DNA of 64,000 bases from Desulfatiglandales bacterium (GTDB lineage: Bacteria; Desulfobacterota; DSM-4660; Desulfatiglandales; Desulfatiglandaceae): the NCBI GenBank assembly GCA_963666345.1, contig OY762721.1, forward strand, positions 3,232,001 to 3,296,000, in the 5' to 3' direction. The notes beneath the pieces were generated by a model. The model did no database searches, was not told the origin of the DNA, and saw nothing but the letters and a program-made list of their open reading frames with translations. Position numbers and translations under genes: made by a program. This document shows, in pieces, positions 49,558 through 60,338 of the stretch. The first letter of the stretch is position 1, and each line of letters starts with the position of its first letter.

Positions 49558-50490
49558 ATGCTGATTAAAATATTAAAGATTTTACCTCCTTCCATTTCAT
49601 ATTTTTCGTTCTACGCTATCATAAGTATTGCGATGTTTTTTCGGTTTTTATTCTCGTCAGTTTATGGAGCCTTATCTCTTTCTATATGTTTGTATTATTA
49701 TTTTAAATTGGCGACATCTTCACCTCCTTTTTCTGCGTTAGAGTTGCTTGACTGGTCTATATCTCTTTCACCAGCATATAAAACAGCAATTCTGACTTCC
49801 TCCATAACGATATCTGGATTTGCTGTAGCGTTCCACACCGCTACAATAAATTGGCGGAATCAAATGAAAGCCCAGTTGAAATCTCAGGCTGCCAATGAGG
49901 TAGAAAATTTTTTTGCTTTTGTTGCTCAAAATATAAACACAACCACGATTTATATAAAATCATTAATCAAAATCGTTAACGACATCCAAAAAGAAGACTC
50001 CACTATAGAATCGATTGGGTTTTCAATTGGTTACGCCCAAGGTAAAGCACAAGAGTTTTTAGATGCGAGAAATGCTTTATCCCAAGCGTCTGTCGATGTT
50101 CATAGACTTATTGGGAAGAATTACGGTCTGTTAACATCAAGTTTTGGGCAGTTACCGCTACTTCAAAATGCTGCGAGTTCACTAACTCATATTGCGAATA
50201 AGATGTGGGTTCATATACCTATTGTCGATCTGAACAGTGATGCATATATACAGTCATTTCTTAATCAAGCAAATATGACAGAATATAAAAATTTTATTGA
50301 GACGTGTAAAAATAATGAGATTAAGATGTTCGGTCTGTCAGGTGGTGTGCAAGGCGCTTTAAATTCACCGATAATAGGTTTTTCATTCCCTCAGTTTGTT
50401 CACCTTGTTTCAAAAAAGAAAGAATTTAAAAAATATATTAGAGGACTGCATGGGCAGCTTAATGATAATGTCGAAAAAAACAAAACGTAA
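49558..50490 (+). CDS. Cassette hypothetical membrane protein
   Basis: 310-aa AT-rich ORF with about three N-terminal hydrophobic segments; followed by attC. Confidence 0.7.
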   Translation: MLIKILKILPPSISYFSFYAIISIAMFFRFLFSSVYGALSLSICLYYYFKLATSSPPFSALELLDWSISLSPAYKTAILTSSITISGFAVAFHTATINWRNQMKAQLKSQAANEVENFFAFVAQNINTTTIYIKSLIKIVNDIQKEDSTIESIGFSIGYAQGKAQEFLDARNALSQASVDVHRLIGKNYGLLTSSFGQLPLLQNAASSLTHIANKMWVHIPIVDLNSDAYIQSFLNQANMTEYKNFIETCKNNEIKMFGLSGGVQGALNSPIIGFSFPQFVHLVSKKKEFKKYIRGLHGQLNDNVEKNKT

Positions 50491-50530
50491 CATATCAAAA
50501 ATTTGATTTCTCACTTTCTACGACCTTGAA

Positions 50531-50624
50531 ATGTAACAAATCGTTGCAGCAGACCGCTTGGGGCGGCGTTCCTTGACCCAGTGCCCTCCTTGCAGTCGGT
50601 GGCCCCTGAACTCAACCGTTAACA
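50531..50624 (+). other. attC site 6
   Basis: ATGTAAC AAATCGTTGCAGCAGACCG ... CGGT..CTGAACTCAACC GTTAACA. Confidence 0.75.
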
Positions 50625-50971
50625 ATCATTATCCCTATCTAAAAGTTCAGATCAGCCATAAAAAGCAACAATGCCAAAGGTAAACACAAGAGACTCGCGA
50701 CTTTATTTTGTGGACCATTGATTGACCTGACGGGGATTACTGTTTCGTATCACAGCTGTATCCGGAACTCTGAAAATCTATTGAGGGGGTCGGAAAATGA
50801 ACAAAATGTGGCGGTGTGCTCCATCGATATGATATTTTCAGCCTTGATACGGCATGCACTGTTACTCTTGGGCACAGGGGTCTGCCTGACGGTGGAGGAT
50901 TATTTTTTGATTTTCCGATGCACATCTCGCGTTTACCTTTATCGTAAGAACCTCAATATTTCAGAATATAT

Positions 50972-51006
50972 TTGACAAAACCGCCAATCCTGACTAGACT
51001 GACTAG
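50972..51006 (+). promoter_or_regulatory. sigma70 promoter of the TA operon with overlapping repeat (candidate operator)
   Basis: TTGACA-N17-TAGACT; CTGACTAG repeated at 50990-50997 and 50999-51006. Confidence 0.7.
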
Positions 51007-51029
51007 TGTTAACTAATGGGGGAGGTAAA

Positions 51030-51281
51030 ATGAGGACAACATGGAAATTGCAGGATGCCAAGGCTAAATTCAGCAAAGTCGTTGAGGATGCATTAAAGAT
51101 AGGCCCGCAATTTGTGACTCGCAGGGGCAAAAAGGCAGTGGTTGTGGTCTCTGTGGAGGAATACGAGGAACTCATTTCAACCAAACCGTCTTTCAAGGAA
51201 TTTCTGCTTGGTTGCCCGAAGATGGGGAATGATTTTGAGCTTGAACGGAAAAAGGATCTTCCAAGGAGTATCCAATTTTGA
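51030..51281 (+). CDS. Phd/YefM family antitoxin
   Basis: WKLQDAKAKFSKVV..A...GPQFVTRRGK..VVVVS.EEY; GGAGG RBS. Confidence 0.92.
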   Translation: MRTTWKLQDAKAKFSKVVEDALKIGPQFVTRRGKKAVVVVSVEEYEELISTKPSFKEFLLGCPKMGNDFELERKKDLPRSIQF

Positions 51282-51694
51282 ACTATCTACTGGACACCTG
51301 TGTGATATCGGAACTTGTTAAGCCGTCACCGGATGCAAATGTAGTTGACTGGTTGAGCGCCACTCCAACGGAAAGATTATACTTAAGTGTAATAACAATA
51401 GGCGAGATACGAAAAGGTCTGATAAGGCTTCCGGATTCAAGGCGGAAAGTTTTGTTGGCAAATTGGCTCAATATGCTGCTTGAAGACTACCGGAGTAGAA
51501 TCTACTCAATAGATCCGGCTGTCGCGGAAAATTGGGGTACAATTCAAGGAAATGCCGAGAAAAAAGGGAAACCGATGTCTTCACTGGACAGCTTGATCGC
51601 CGCTATAGCCTATACCCACAACTTGATTCTGGTGACCAGAAATGTGCGTGATTTTGAGGCAAGCGACCTCCCGATCCAAAATCCCTGGGCGTAA
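51278..51694 (+). CDS. vapC: VapC (PIN domain) toxin
   Basis: YLLDTCVISE, SVITIGEI, DSLIAA.A, LVTRNVRDF, NPW. Confidence 0.93.
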   Translation: MNYLLDTCVISELVKPSPDANVVDWLSATPTERLYLSVITIGEIRKGLIRLPDSRRKVLLANWLNMLLEDYRSRIYSIDPAVAENWGTIQGNAEKKGKPMSSLDSLIAAIAYTHNLILVTRNVRDFEASDLPIQNPWA

Positions 51695-51711
51695 CCGGGC
51701 TGAAAAGTGGA

Positions 51712-53172
51712 TCAATCCCTTTTTTTAAGCCCTTCATAAAACCTGCGCTGGAGGTTGTCGAATCCTCCGTTTGACATGAAAAGTACCACATCCCCTTTTT
51801 CGCTCTTCTTTAAAAGCCCTTCAAGCAGCTTGTCGGTGGTCTCGAAATAAAAGGCGTCCTTTCCATTTTGAGTGAGATCCGCAACCAGCCCTTTTGACGA
51901 AAACCTCTCCTCTGGCGGGATCTTCTCCATTAAAGCTGGCTCAGGGATTAATATCATATCCGCCTTGTCAAAGGAGGCCGCGTATCTTTTCTGGAATATG
52001 CTGCGTCTGCTTGAATTTGATCTCGGTTCAAAGACCGCGACAAGGCGCCTGCCCTTGAAACGCTCTTTTACGCCCCTTACGGTCTCCCTTACCGCCGTGG
52101 GATGATGGGCAAAGTCATCGAGCACCAGGATTCCTCCTGCCTCACCAATCTTTTCCTGCCTTCTCTTTACTCCCTTGAAGGTCGAAAGCGCGCCTGCAAG
52201 GTTTTGCCGCGGTATGTCCAGATAACTGGACAGGGCGGCCGTTGAAAGCATGTTCGATATGTTGTGCCTTCCGTAGAGGGGCGTGACGATATTTAAATAA
52301 GGCTCATCTCCTTTAAGGATCAAGGCCTTTGTGCCTTTGTCGGAATATGAAATATCTTGTGCCCTGAAAAGGGCGTTTTCAGACAGTCCGTAGGTTATAA
52401 CGCGGCATCCCGCCTTTGCCGCCTGATCCATTACGGCAGGATCATCTGCGTTGGCTATGAGAAGACCGTCGGCCGGGATGATATCCATGAGCCTTCCGAA
52501 GCTTTCCTTGACATGGTCAAGGTCCCTGTATATGTCTGCATGGTCGAATTCTACGCTTGTCAGGATCACGATCATGGGGCTGTAATGAAGGAATTTGGGC
52601 CCCTTGTCAAAAAAGGCGGTATCATATTCATCCCCCTCGACAACGCAGTAGGGGCCTTTGCCCAGCCTGAAGCTGCTGTCAAAACCTGCCGGGATACCTC
52701 CTATCATAAACAGGGGGTCCATGCCCGCCTGATCAAGTATCCACGCGGCAACCGAAGATGTCGTGGTCTTTCCGTGCGTGCCGCAGATGACTATGGATTT
52801 TTTTCCCTTTAAGGCGAAACGGCTCAGTGCCTGGGGAAAGGACAGGTACGGTATCTTGAGCCTTGACAGTTCTATGGCCTCCGGGTTATGCCGGGTTATG
52901 ACGTTTCCCACTATGACAAGATCAGGCCCTGAGGCAAGATTTTCAGGGCCGTATCCCTCTGACACCTTTATGGAAAGTCTTTCCAGAAAGTGGCTCATGG
53001 GCGGATACACATTCCGGTCTGATCCGGTGATGAGGTACCCTTTGTCCTTCAGGATTCCGGCAAGAGAGGCCATGCCTGTGCCGCAGATGCCCATAAGGTG
53101 AATGTGCCTGATCGTCTTTGGTGCGCGGTTAAGCTCCGGCGGAAGTATCGTGTCCTTTTTGTCCGATTCCAA
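51712..53172 (-). CDS. mpl: Murein peptide ligase (UDP-MurNAc:tripeptide ligase)
   Basis: HLMGICGTGM, GTHGKTTT, EGDEYDTAFFDK, EFDHADIY, DDFAHHPTA, EPRSN, MSNGGF. Confidence 0.93.
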   Translation of the reverse strand: MESDKKDTILPPELNRAPKTIRHIHLMGICGTGMASLAGILKDKGYLITGSDRNVYPPMSHFLERLSIKVSEGYGPENLASGPDLVIVGNVITRHNPEAIELSRLKIPYLSFPQALSRFALKGKKSIVICGTHGKTTTSSVAAWILDQAGMDPLFMIGGIPAGFDSSFRLGKGPYCVVEGDEYDTAFFDKGPKFLHYSPMIVILTSVEFDHADIYRDLDHVKESFGRLMDIIPADGLLIANADDPAVMDQAAKAGCRVITYGLSENALFRAQDISYSDKGTKALILKGDEPYLNIVTPLYGRHNISNMLSTAALSSYLDIPRQNLAGALSTFKGVKRRQEKIGEAGGILVLDDFAHHPTAVRETVRGVKERFKGRRLVAVFEPRSNSSRRSIFQKRYAASFDKADMILIPEPALMEKIPPEERFSSKGLVADLTQNGKDAFYFETTDKLLEGLLKKSEKGDVVLFMSNGGFDNLQRRFYEGLKKRD

Positions 53173-53252
53173 GGTGTGGATCGCGCCTCCTTGTTTAAGA
53201 GCTAGGTGAACCGTAATTCCGGCTCCAACCCGTTTTGACCTGTAAAAAGTGC

Positions 53253-53281
53253 TTGCTATTTACTGATAAAATCTGTATAAA
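53253..53281 (+). promoter_or_regulatory. sigma70 promoter of rpmB
   Basis: TTGCTA-N17-TATAAA. Confidence 0.5.
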
Positions 53282-53358
53282 TCAATGTTTAATTTTTCGC
53301 AAAGGGTCTTTGCCGAGGCAGGAGCCTTTGACCTTGAGACTGTATAGGAGAATTTTTG

Positions 53359-53547
53359 ATGTCAAAAGTCTGTGATATATGCGGAAAGCGGCCGACAGTT
53401 GGATATAATGTAAGTCATGCTCATAACAAGTCAAAGACCCGCTGGTATCCGAACCTTCAAAAGGTCAGGTGTGTGCAGAACGGTCAGGTCAAGAGACTGA
53501 GGGTCTGCACCAGTTGCATAAAGTCGGGAAGGGTGGAAAAACCCTGA
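53359..53547 (+). CDS. rpmB: 50S ribosomal protein L28 (zinc-binding form)
   Basis: [10 protein letters not shown]...VSHAH...PNLQ...VCTSCIKSG. Confidence 0.95.
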   Translation: MSKVCDICGKRPTVGYNVSHAHNKSKTRWYPNLQKVRCVQNGQVKRLRVCTSCIKSGRVEKP

Positions 53548-53562
53548 GGCCTTAAGGTTCAG

Positions 53563-55692
53563 CTACAGCCTTTCAACGGAAAGCACGTTTTTGATCCTTT
53601 TTATCATCCTGATTATTTCCTGTAGCTGATTGAAGTTTTCCACCTCAATGGTAAACATTGCAACACCCTTCTGGTCGGTTGTGGTCTTTATGTCAGCCTG
53701 GATGATGTTGGCATCCTTCTGTGTCAGGACCGCGCTGATATCGGCCAGCACGCCTTTACGTTCTATGCTGTTAACCCTCAGTTTCGCAACGTGGACTTCC
53801 TCCGTTGTAGGTTCCCATGACACCTCTATAAGTCTTTCCGGGTCGGCGTTTTTTATGTGTCTGCACTTCTGGTTGTGAATGGTCACGCCCCTGCCGCGTG
53901 TCATGAAGCCTATTACCTGTTCCCCCGGCAGCGGGTGACAGCAGTTTGCAAAACGGATCAGCATGTCGCTTATCCCTTTCACCCTGATCCCGCGGTCATT
54001 TTTTTTCCTCTTTATCCTGTCGACCACCTTGGTTACAATGTCGTCCTTTATGCCCATCTTGGGCTTAAGGCGGCCGATAACCTGATTGGAAGACACCTTG
54101 CCGAAGCCGATATGGGCCAGCAGGTCCTCCACTGAATGAAAGGAAAGATCCTTTGTTACGGACGCTATCTGATCACTCTTTAAAAGGTTGGGCAGGGTTA
54201 TGTTGGCCTGCTCCAAAGATTTTTCAAGTATGCTTCTCCCGAGCGATATGCTCTCTTCCCTTTCCTGGTTTCTTATCCACTGCTTTATCTTGGTCCTTGC
54301 CTTCGGGGTCTTGACGAATTCAAGCCAGTCCTTGCTGGGGTGCTGTTTAGGCGAGGTCAGTATCTTTACGATGTCGCCGTTTCTCAGTTTGTACCTCAGG
54401 GGAACCATCTTTTCGTTGACCCGCGCGCCTATGCATTTTTCACCTATCTCGCTATGTATGCCGTAGGCGAAATCTATGGGAGTCGAATCCTTTGGAAAGG
54501 CCTTCACATCTCCATTGGGGGTGAATACATATACCTCGTCGGGAAAGAGGTTCATCCTTAGGGTATCGAGAAATTCTATGGGATCCTCGAGGTTCTGCTG
54601 CCATTCCACTATCTGCCTCAGCCAGGCGAACTGCTTTTCATCCGTCTTGTTGGCGATGGTGCCTTCTTTGTACTTCCAGTGGGCGGCAATACCCTGCTCG
54701 GCCACCTTATTCATTTCCCAGGTCCTGAGCTGAACCTCCATCCTCTCTCCGATCGGTCCGATTACCGTGGTATGGAGGGATTGATACATGTTTCCCTTGG
54801 GAACTGATACATAGTCCTTGAACCTTCCGGGCACCGGTTTCCACATGGAATGGATGTGTCCGAGCGCTTCGTAGCACTCCTTTATGGAATTGACTATGAC
54901 CCTGAAGGCGATTACATCATAGACCTGGTTGACGGTGAGATTCTGGGCCAGCATCTTTTTATATATGCTGAAATAATGCTTGTATCTTCCCGTTACGGAT
55001 ACCTTTATGCCGTATTCTTTTAATTTATTATAAAGGAGCCCCTTGACCTCGGTAATAAATTTTTCCCTTTCACCCTTTCTTTCTGCTATGCCTGCCTTTA
55101 TCTGCTGGTAGATCTGCGGCTCCAGATAGTAGAGACACAGGTCTTCAAGGCTTGATTTTATCCAGTGGATTCCCATCCGGCCCGCAAGGGGGGCGTAGAT
55201 CTCAAGGGTTTCGCTTGCTATCTTGTGCTGTTTTTCAGGAGGCTGGAATCCGAGTGTCCTCATGTTGTGGAGCCTGTCCGCGAGTTTTACAAGGATCACC
55301 CGGATATCGGACGACATCGCCAGGATCATTTTTCTTACATTTTCAGCCTGCCGCTGCCTGTGGCTGGTAAAGTGCATCTTGCTGATTTTCGTAACGCCCG
55401 AGACTATATTGGCTGTTTCCTCTCCGAAGAGCCTTTTTATCTCACCGATTTCCGCGTCGGTATCCTCGATCGTGTCATGCAGAAGACCCGCGGCAATGCA
55501 GACCGCGTCCATTTTCATCTGCGCGAGTATATGGGCCGCCTCAAGGGGGTGGGAAAGATAGGACTCACCGGAGAGTCTTATCTGGCCCTGATGAACCTTC
55601 GCGGAGTACACGTACGCCTTTTCTATCAGGTCGATATCGGCATTCGGATGGTATTCCAGGACCTGGTTGATGATATCATTTAATCGAATCAT
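53563..55692 (-). CDS. spoT: Bifunctional (p)ppGpp synthetase/hydrolase (Rel/SpoT)
   Basis: HD domain ([19 protein letters not shown]), synthetase (YQSLHT, EVQLRT, AAHWKYK), TGS, ZFD, ACT domains. Confidence 0.95.
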   Translation of the reverse strand: MIRLNDIINQVLEYHPNADIDLIEKAYVYSAKVHQGQIRLSGESYLSHPLEAAHILAQMKMDAVCIAAGLLHDTIEDTDAEIGEIKRLFGEETANIVSGVTKISKMHFTSHRQRQAENVRKMILAMSSDIRVILVKLADRLHNMRTLGFQPPEKQHKIASETLEIYAPLAGRMGIHWIKSSLEDLCLYYLEPQIYQQIKAGIAERKGEREKFITEVKGLLYNKLKEYGIKVSVTGRYKHYFSIYKKMLAQNLTVNQVYDVIAFRVIVNSIKECYEALGHIHSMWKPVPGRFKDYVSVPKGNMYQSLHTTVIGPIGERMEVQLRTWEMNKVAEQGIAAHWKYKEGTIANKTDEKQFAWLRQIVEWQQNLEDPIEFLDTLRMNLFPDEVYVFTPNGDVKAFPKDSTPIDFAYGIHSEIGEKCIGARVNEKMVPLRYKLRNGDIVKILTSPKQHPSKDWLEFVKTPKARTKIKQWIRNQEREESISLGRSILEKSLEQANITLPNLLKSDQIASVTKDLSFHSVEDLLAHIGFGKVSSNQVIGRLKPKMGIKDDIVTKVVDRIKRKKNDRGIRVKGISDMLIRFANCCHPLPGEQVIGFMTRGRGVTIHNQKCRHIKNADPERLIEVSWEPTTEEVHVAKLRVNSIERKGVLADISAVLTQKDANIIQADIKTTTDQKGVAMFTIEVENFNQLQEIIRMIKRIKNVLSVERL

Positions 55693-57403
55693 AAAGGTCT
55701 CTTACAATTCCTGCGATGGTTGATGAGGCCTCTTTTATAGGAATTGATTCGATCTCTTTTTCAAAGCGCATCTTCAATTCCACGATACCCTCTTTTACCC
55801 CTCTCATTCCAATGGTAATCCTGACAGGGATCCCGAGAAGATCGGCATCATTGAACTTCACCCCGGCCCTTTCATCCCGGTCGTCGATGAGCACATCCAA
55901 CCCCATATCGCAAAGCTCCGAGTATATCTTTTCAGATGCCTCCACCACATCCTTTTCATGCATCTGAAGGGGAAGGATAGTCACCTCAAAGGGAGCGATG
56001 GGAACGGGGAATATTATCCCCTTATCGTCATGATTCTGCTCTATTGCCGCAGCAACCGTTCTGCCTACGCCGATGCCGTAGCAACCCATTATTATAGGAT
56101 TTTCAGCACCCTGTTCATCGAGAAAGATGGCATTCATCGCCTTGCTGTATTTAGTGCCCAGCTTGAATATATGCCCCACCTCGATGCCCCTTCCGAATGC
56201 TATGGATCCTCCGCATCTGGGGCATGGATCGCCCTGCTTTATTACCCTTAGATCGCAGAAACTTTCCACTTTGAAGTCCCTGTCCAGGTTTACGTTTTTC
56301 AAATGAAGGTCCTTACCGTTGCCGCCTGTGACGAAATTCTTCATCCCCTCTACGGCGTTGTCCGCGACAATCCTGACTTCAAGGCCTGCCGGCCCTGCAA
56401 AACCTGTAGGGGCACCGGTTGTCTCCTCCACGAGATCGGGATCGGCAAGTTCGAGGCTTTGAGCGCCCAGGAAGTTTTTGAGCTTGATCTCGTTTATCTC
56501 ATGATCTCCCCTGACCAGGGCGGCCACGGTCCCGCCGTCCGCCGCAAAGATAAGTGTCTTTATAAGATCGGCGGGTGATACGGAGAGAAAGGAGGTCACC
56601 TGATCGACCGTCTTCATGTCAGGGGTCGGCACCTTTTCAAGCGGCAGCATCTGTTCGGCGGAGGACTTTCCCGGTCTTTCCTGAGCGGCCACTTCGGCCC
56701 TTTCCAGATTGGCCGCGTAATCGCATTCCTTACAGTTTACGATCATATCCTCGCCTGTTTCCGCAAGCACCATGAACTCATGAGAATAGCTTCCGCCTAT
56801 GGCCCCGGAATCGGCTTCAACCGCCCTGAATTCCAGTCCGCACCTCTTGAATATCCTTGAGTAGGCCTCATGCATGATTTCATAGCTTCTGTTGGCGCCC
56901 CCTTCATCCGTATCGAAACTGTAGGCGTCTTTCATGATGAATTCACGTCCCCGCATCAGACCGAACCTCGGCCTTATCTCATCCCTGAATTTGGTCTGAA
57001 TCTGATACAGGTTGACGGGCATCTGCTTGTAGGAGTGGATCTCTTTCCTTACCAGGTCGGTTATAACCTCCTCGTGGGTCGGTCCAAGACAGGCAAAACG
57101 GTTGTGCCTGTCCTTGAATCTGAGCAGCTCCCTGCCGTAGTAATCCCATCTTCCGCTTTCCTGCCATAGCTCCGCCGGTTGTACCGCCGGCATGAGAAGT
57201 TCTATGGCGCCCGCCCTGTTCATTTCCTCTCTTATGATGTTTTCCACCTTCTTCAGGGCCCTGAGGCCAAGCGGGAGGTAGGTATAGATCCCTGACGTCA
57301 ATTTCCTTATCATTCCCGCCCTTATCATAAGCTGATGGCTTATCACCTCGGCTTCAGAGGGGATCTCCTTGAAGGTGGGTATAAAATAGCTTGAATATCT
57401 CAT
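55676..57403 (-). CDS. proS: Proline--tRNA ligase
   Basis: [45 protein letters not shown]. Confidence 0.97.
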   Translation of the reverse strand: MRYSSYFIPTFKEIPSEAEVISHQLMIRAGMIRKLTSGIYTYLPLGLRALKKVENIIREEMNRAGAIELLMPAVQPAELWQESGRWDYYGRELLRFKDRHNRFACLGPTHEEVITDLVRKEIHSYKQMPVNLYQIQTKFRDEIRPRFGLMRGREFIMKDAYSFDTDEGGANRSYEIMHEAYSRIFKRCGLEFRAVEADSGAIGGSYSHEFMVLAETGEDMIVNCKECDYAANLERAEVAAQERPGKSSAEQMLPLEKVPTPDMKTVDQVTSFLSVSPADLIKTLIFAADGGTVAALVRGDHEINEIKLKNFLGAQSLELADPDLVEETTGAPTGFAGPAGLEVRIVADNAVEGMKNFVTGGNGKDLHLKNVNLDRDFKVESFCDLRVIKQGDPCPRCGGSIAFGRGIEVGHIFKLGTKYSKAMNAIFLDEQGAENPIIMGCYGIGVGRTVAAAIEQNHDDKGIIFPVPIAPFEVTILPLQMHEKDVVEASEKIYSELCDMGLDVLIDDRDERAGVKFNDADLLGIPVRITIGMRGVKEGIVELKMRFEKEIESIPIKEASSTIAGIVRDLYDSIK

Positions 57404-57458
57404 CTTTTCCGTTCTACCTCGTCTGGTTTATTTCCGGTGCCTGGTTCAGTGCCTTTTT

Positions 57459-58541
57459 CTATTGGAAATCCTTATCCCTGATCATCCTGTTTACCTCATC
57501 GATAAGGGCCTGAGCCAGATTGTCTTCCGGGATTTTCCTTATGACCTTTCCTTTCCTGAAAAGGATACCCTGGCCCCTGCCGCCGGCTATACCTATGTCG
57601 GCCTCTTTTGCCTCACCCGGACCGTTTACCACGCAACCCATAATCGCTATCTTGGGGGAGGCCTCGATTCCGGCAAGCGATTTTTCAACCTGTTCAACAA
57701 GCCCGAAAAGGTCTATCTCCGTACGGCCGCAGGTGGGGCATGAAATTATTTCAGGGCCGCGATGCCTCAGATCCAATGCCCTCAAAATCTCATAGGAGAC
57801 GATCACCTCCTCCACAGGGTCCCTTGTAAGCGATACCCGGAAGGTGTCTCCTATCCCGCGGGCAAGTAGATATCCGATGCCGAGCGCGCTTTTAACGGTT
57901 CCTGAAATAAGGGTGCCCGCCTCTGTGACGCCCAGATGAAGGGGATAGTCGACCTCTTGACTCAAAAGTTCATAGGCCCTGATGGTGTTTTTGACGTTGG
58001 AGGATTTAAGAGATACCTTTATCTGATCAAAGTCCATGGACTCAAGGAGCCTTACATGCTTTACCGCACTTTCCATCATCGCCTCAGGGGTGGGACGGCC
58101 GTATTTCATGAGGATATCCCTGTGAAGGGAACCGGCATTCACTCCTATCCTGATGGAGATTCCGTGCTTTCCGGCTGAATCGACCACCTTTTTGACCGCG
58201 TCCCTGCTCCCGATATTTCCCGGGTTTATCCTGAGCCCGTCGGCGCCTGCGTCCATGGCTGCCAGGGCGAGCCGGTGGTCGAAATGGATATCCGCTATAA
58301 GGGGAGTTCCAGTCCTTGATTTGATCTCTTTAACGGCGGATGCCGCCTCCGAATCGGGTACTGCAAGCCGGACTATCTCACATCCCGCCCGCACAAGCCT
58401 CCGGATCTGGTCGACCGTCTTTGATACGTCTCTTGTATCGGTGTTTGTCATGGATTGAACAGCGACGGGAGCTCCGTCGCCGATCGGGACAGATCCTACG
58501 TATATCCTTTTTGTCTGTCTTCTCGTTTTAAATGGTTCCAT
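57459..58541 (-). CDS. ispG: (E)-4-hydroxy-3-methylbut-2-enyl-diphosphate synthase
   Basis: VQSMTNT, ADIHF, RINPGN, HLGVTEAG, SCPTCGR, MGCVVNGPGE (alternative start 58556). Confidence 0.96.
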   Translation of the reverse strand: MEPFKTRRQTKRIYVGSVPIGDGAPVAVQSMTNTDTRDVSKTVDQIRRLVRAGCEIVRLAVPDSEAASAVKEIKSRTGTPLIADIHFDHRLALAAMDAGADGLRINPGNIGSRDAVKKVVDSAGKHGISIRIGVNAGSLHRDILMKYGRPTPEAMMESAVKHVRLLESMDFDQIKVSLKSSNVKNTIRAYELLSQEVDYPLHLGVTEAGTLISGTVKSALGIGYLLARGIGDTFRVSLTRDPVEEVIVSYEILRALDLRHRGPEIISCPTCGRTEIDLFGLVEQVEKSLAGIEASPKIAIMGCVVNGPGEAKEADIGIAGGRGQGILFRKGKVIRKIPEDNLAQALIDEVNRMIRDKDFQ

Positions 58542-58683
58542 TCTATTTCCGGGCAAGGCCTTTCCGTTTAATCCTTTAACGCATATTAAAGGACATGATG
58601 TTTCTTCAACTTAGTTGAAGAAGAGGATCCAAAGGAATAAAGACAGGGGGTAGATCTATCTTTTCCATGGCAAAAATGGACAG

Positions 58684-59859
58684 CTAATATAAGAACATCG
58701 GTTTTCCGCTCACATGCCTGACCTTGGGCCTGTATTCTTCGATGTCGTACAGTTCCCTGACGTCCACCCTCTTCTGGCCCGTGCTTATGGTGCTCAGCGC
58801 AATGTCGGAGTAGGTGCCCCTTGTCAGTGCTACGAGACGGCCGAAGTTTCCTCTCAGGAAAAGGTCTATAACCATATTGGCGAAGTTGACGGCTACCATC
58901 AGGTCAAGAGAATCGGGTGCTCCGCTTCTCATGAGGTATGAAAGCCTTTGATTAAGAACGTCTTCACCTGTCAGTTTCTTCAGAAGCTGGCCCGTTTCTT
59001 CACCTATGCCCCCAAGCCTGCTGTGCCCGTAGGCGTCGGCTTCTCCCGATATGAGCATGTCTCCACCCAGCATTTTTGCCCCTTCCGAGATGGTGATGAC
59101 GGCGTAGTTCTTGGGATTATTTTTCTTGTCGACCATTATGAGTTCCGCCAGTCTTCCCGGCTCAAAGGGGACCTCGGATATGATCGCCCTGTCAACCCCC
59201 GCAAGATACGCTGATATGAGAGAGGTCTCACCGCAGTAGCGGCCGAAAAGCTCTATGATGGCTATCCTCTCATGCGATCCGGTGCATGTCCTGAGGGCGT
59301 GAATGAAACCGACTCCCCTTGTTACCGCCGTTGAAAAACCGATGCAGTAATCCGTTCCAAACACGTCGTTGTCCATGGTCTTGGGAATGGCAATAACAGG
59401 AAAGCCTTCCCTGTTGATTCTGTCCGCGAAGCTGAGTGTGTCGTCTCCGCCGATGGGAATAATGGCGTCGATATCAAGCCTGTCAAGATTCTGCAGCACA
59501 TGATAGGTGAAATCCTTTACCTCTTCCCCCTCGGCAAAGGCGTCAAGGAGAAAACCGGGAGCGTTCATCTTTTTCGTGGCGCTCGGATTTGTCCTGGATG
59601 TGTGAAGATAGGTGCCACCGTACCGGTCTATGGTGCGTACATCAGCAGGATCGAGTTCCTGGACGCACCTTTGGCGACATTCAGGGTCATCCGGGTTGTA
59701 TTCAAGAAGCCCGGCCCAGCCGCGCCTTATTCCTATGACCCTCAATCCTTCGCTCACTCCCCTGTAGACAAGCGCCTTTATGCAGGGGTTGAGTCCCGGG
59801 ACGTCTCCTCCTCCGGTCAAGATGGCTATGGTCTTTTTTTTGCCTTTTTTTTGAGACAT
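58684..59859 (-). CDS. pfkA: 6-phosphofructokinase (PfkA family, probably PPi-dependent)
   Basis: [27 protein letters not shown] motifs. Confidence 0.88.
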   Translation of the reverse strand: MSQKKGKKKTIAILTGGGDVPGLNPCIKALVYRGVSEGLRVIGIRRGWAGLLEYNPDDPECRQRCVQELDPADVRTIDRYGGTYLHTSRTNPSATKKMNAPGFLLDAFAEGEEVKDFTYHVLQNLDRLDIDAIIPIGGDDTLSFADRINREGFPVIAIPKTMDNDVFGTDYCIGFSTAVTRGVGFIHALRTCTGSHERIAIIELFGRYCGETSLISAYLAGVDRAIISEVPFEPGRLAELIMVDKKNNPKNYAVITISEGAKMLGGDMLISGEADAYGHSRLGGIGEETGQLLKKLTGEDVLNQRLSYLMRSGAPDSLDLMVAVNFANMVIDLFLRGNFGRLVALTRGTYSDIALSTISTGQKRVDVRELYDIEEYRPKVRHVSGKPMFLY

Positions 59860-60338
59860 TTAGAAAAATACCTCCATCCAAAAAAATCGGGCTTACCACC
59901 TCTAAAAGAGACACCTTCCACTTTGCGGATCAAGTGCCCATATTGATTTAAAATGAATCTCAAGTTATAAACGGAATTCAAAAAAACGGATGAACCGGAA
60001 TTTGGAGCCAACCATAAGTTTCAGGTGCCTCTAAAAAGACAAATCCGGTGGAATCTAAATGTTTTGGGCCAAAGAAAAAAGTAGTTCAACGCAGCCCCTC
60101 TGTCAAGGCGATTGTGGCTGGATACGACATAATGATTTTTCTTCCGGGCATAAATACTTCCCGGAGAAGAATACCTTTGCTGTCTTGATAAATTTCGTTG
60201 CGTCACCAAGACTGTCTCCTCCGGCCCGGATGTAATATGTTTTTGAGATTTTTTCGAGGGGCGGATTTTTCGGCTTTTTTGTTGACATGAATGGCTGAAG
60301 GGTTATGCTTAAAATCTTTATCAAAAGGAGGGATTTAT

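Larger units (their letters stand above)
43769..50624 (+). mobile_element. Integron gene-cassette array without integrase in the window (CALIN)
   Basis: Co-oriented AT-rich ORFs each followed by AAC...GTT-bounded imperfect palindromes; no tyrosine recombinase ORF in the window. Confidence 0.85.
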
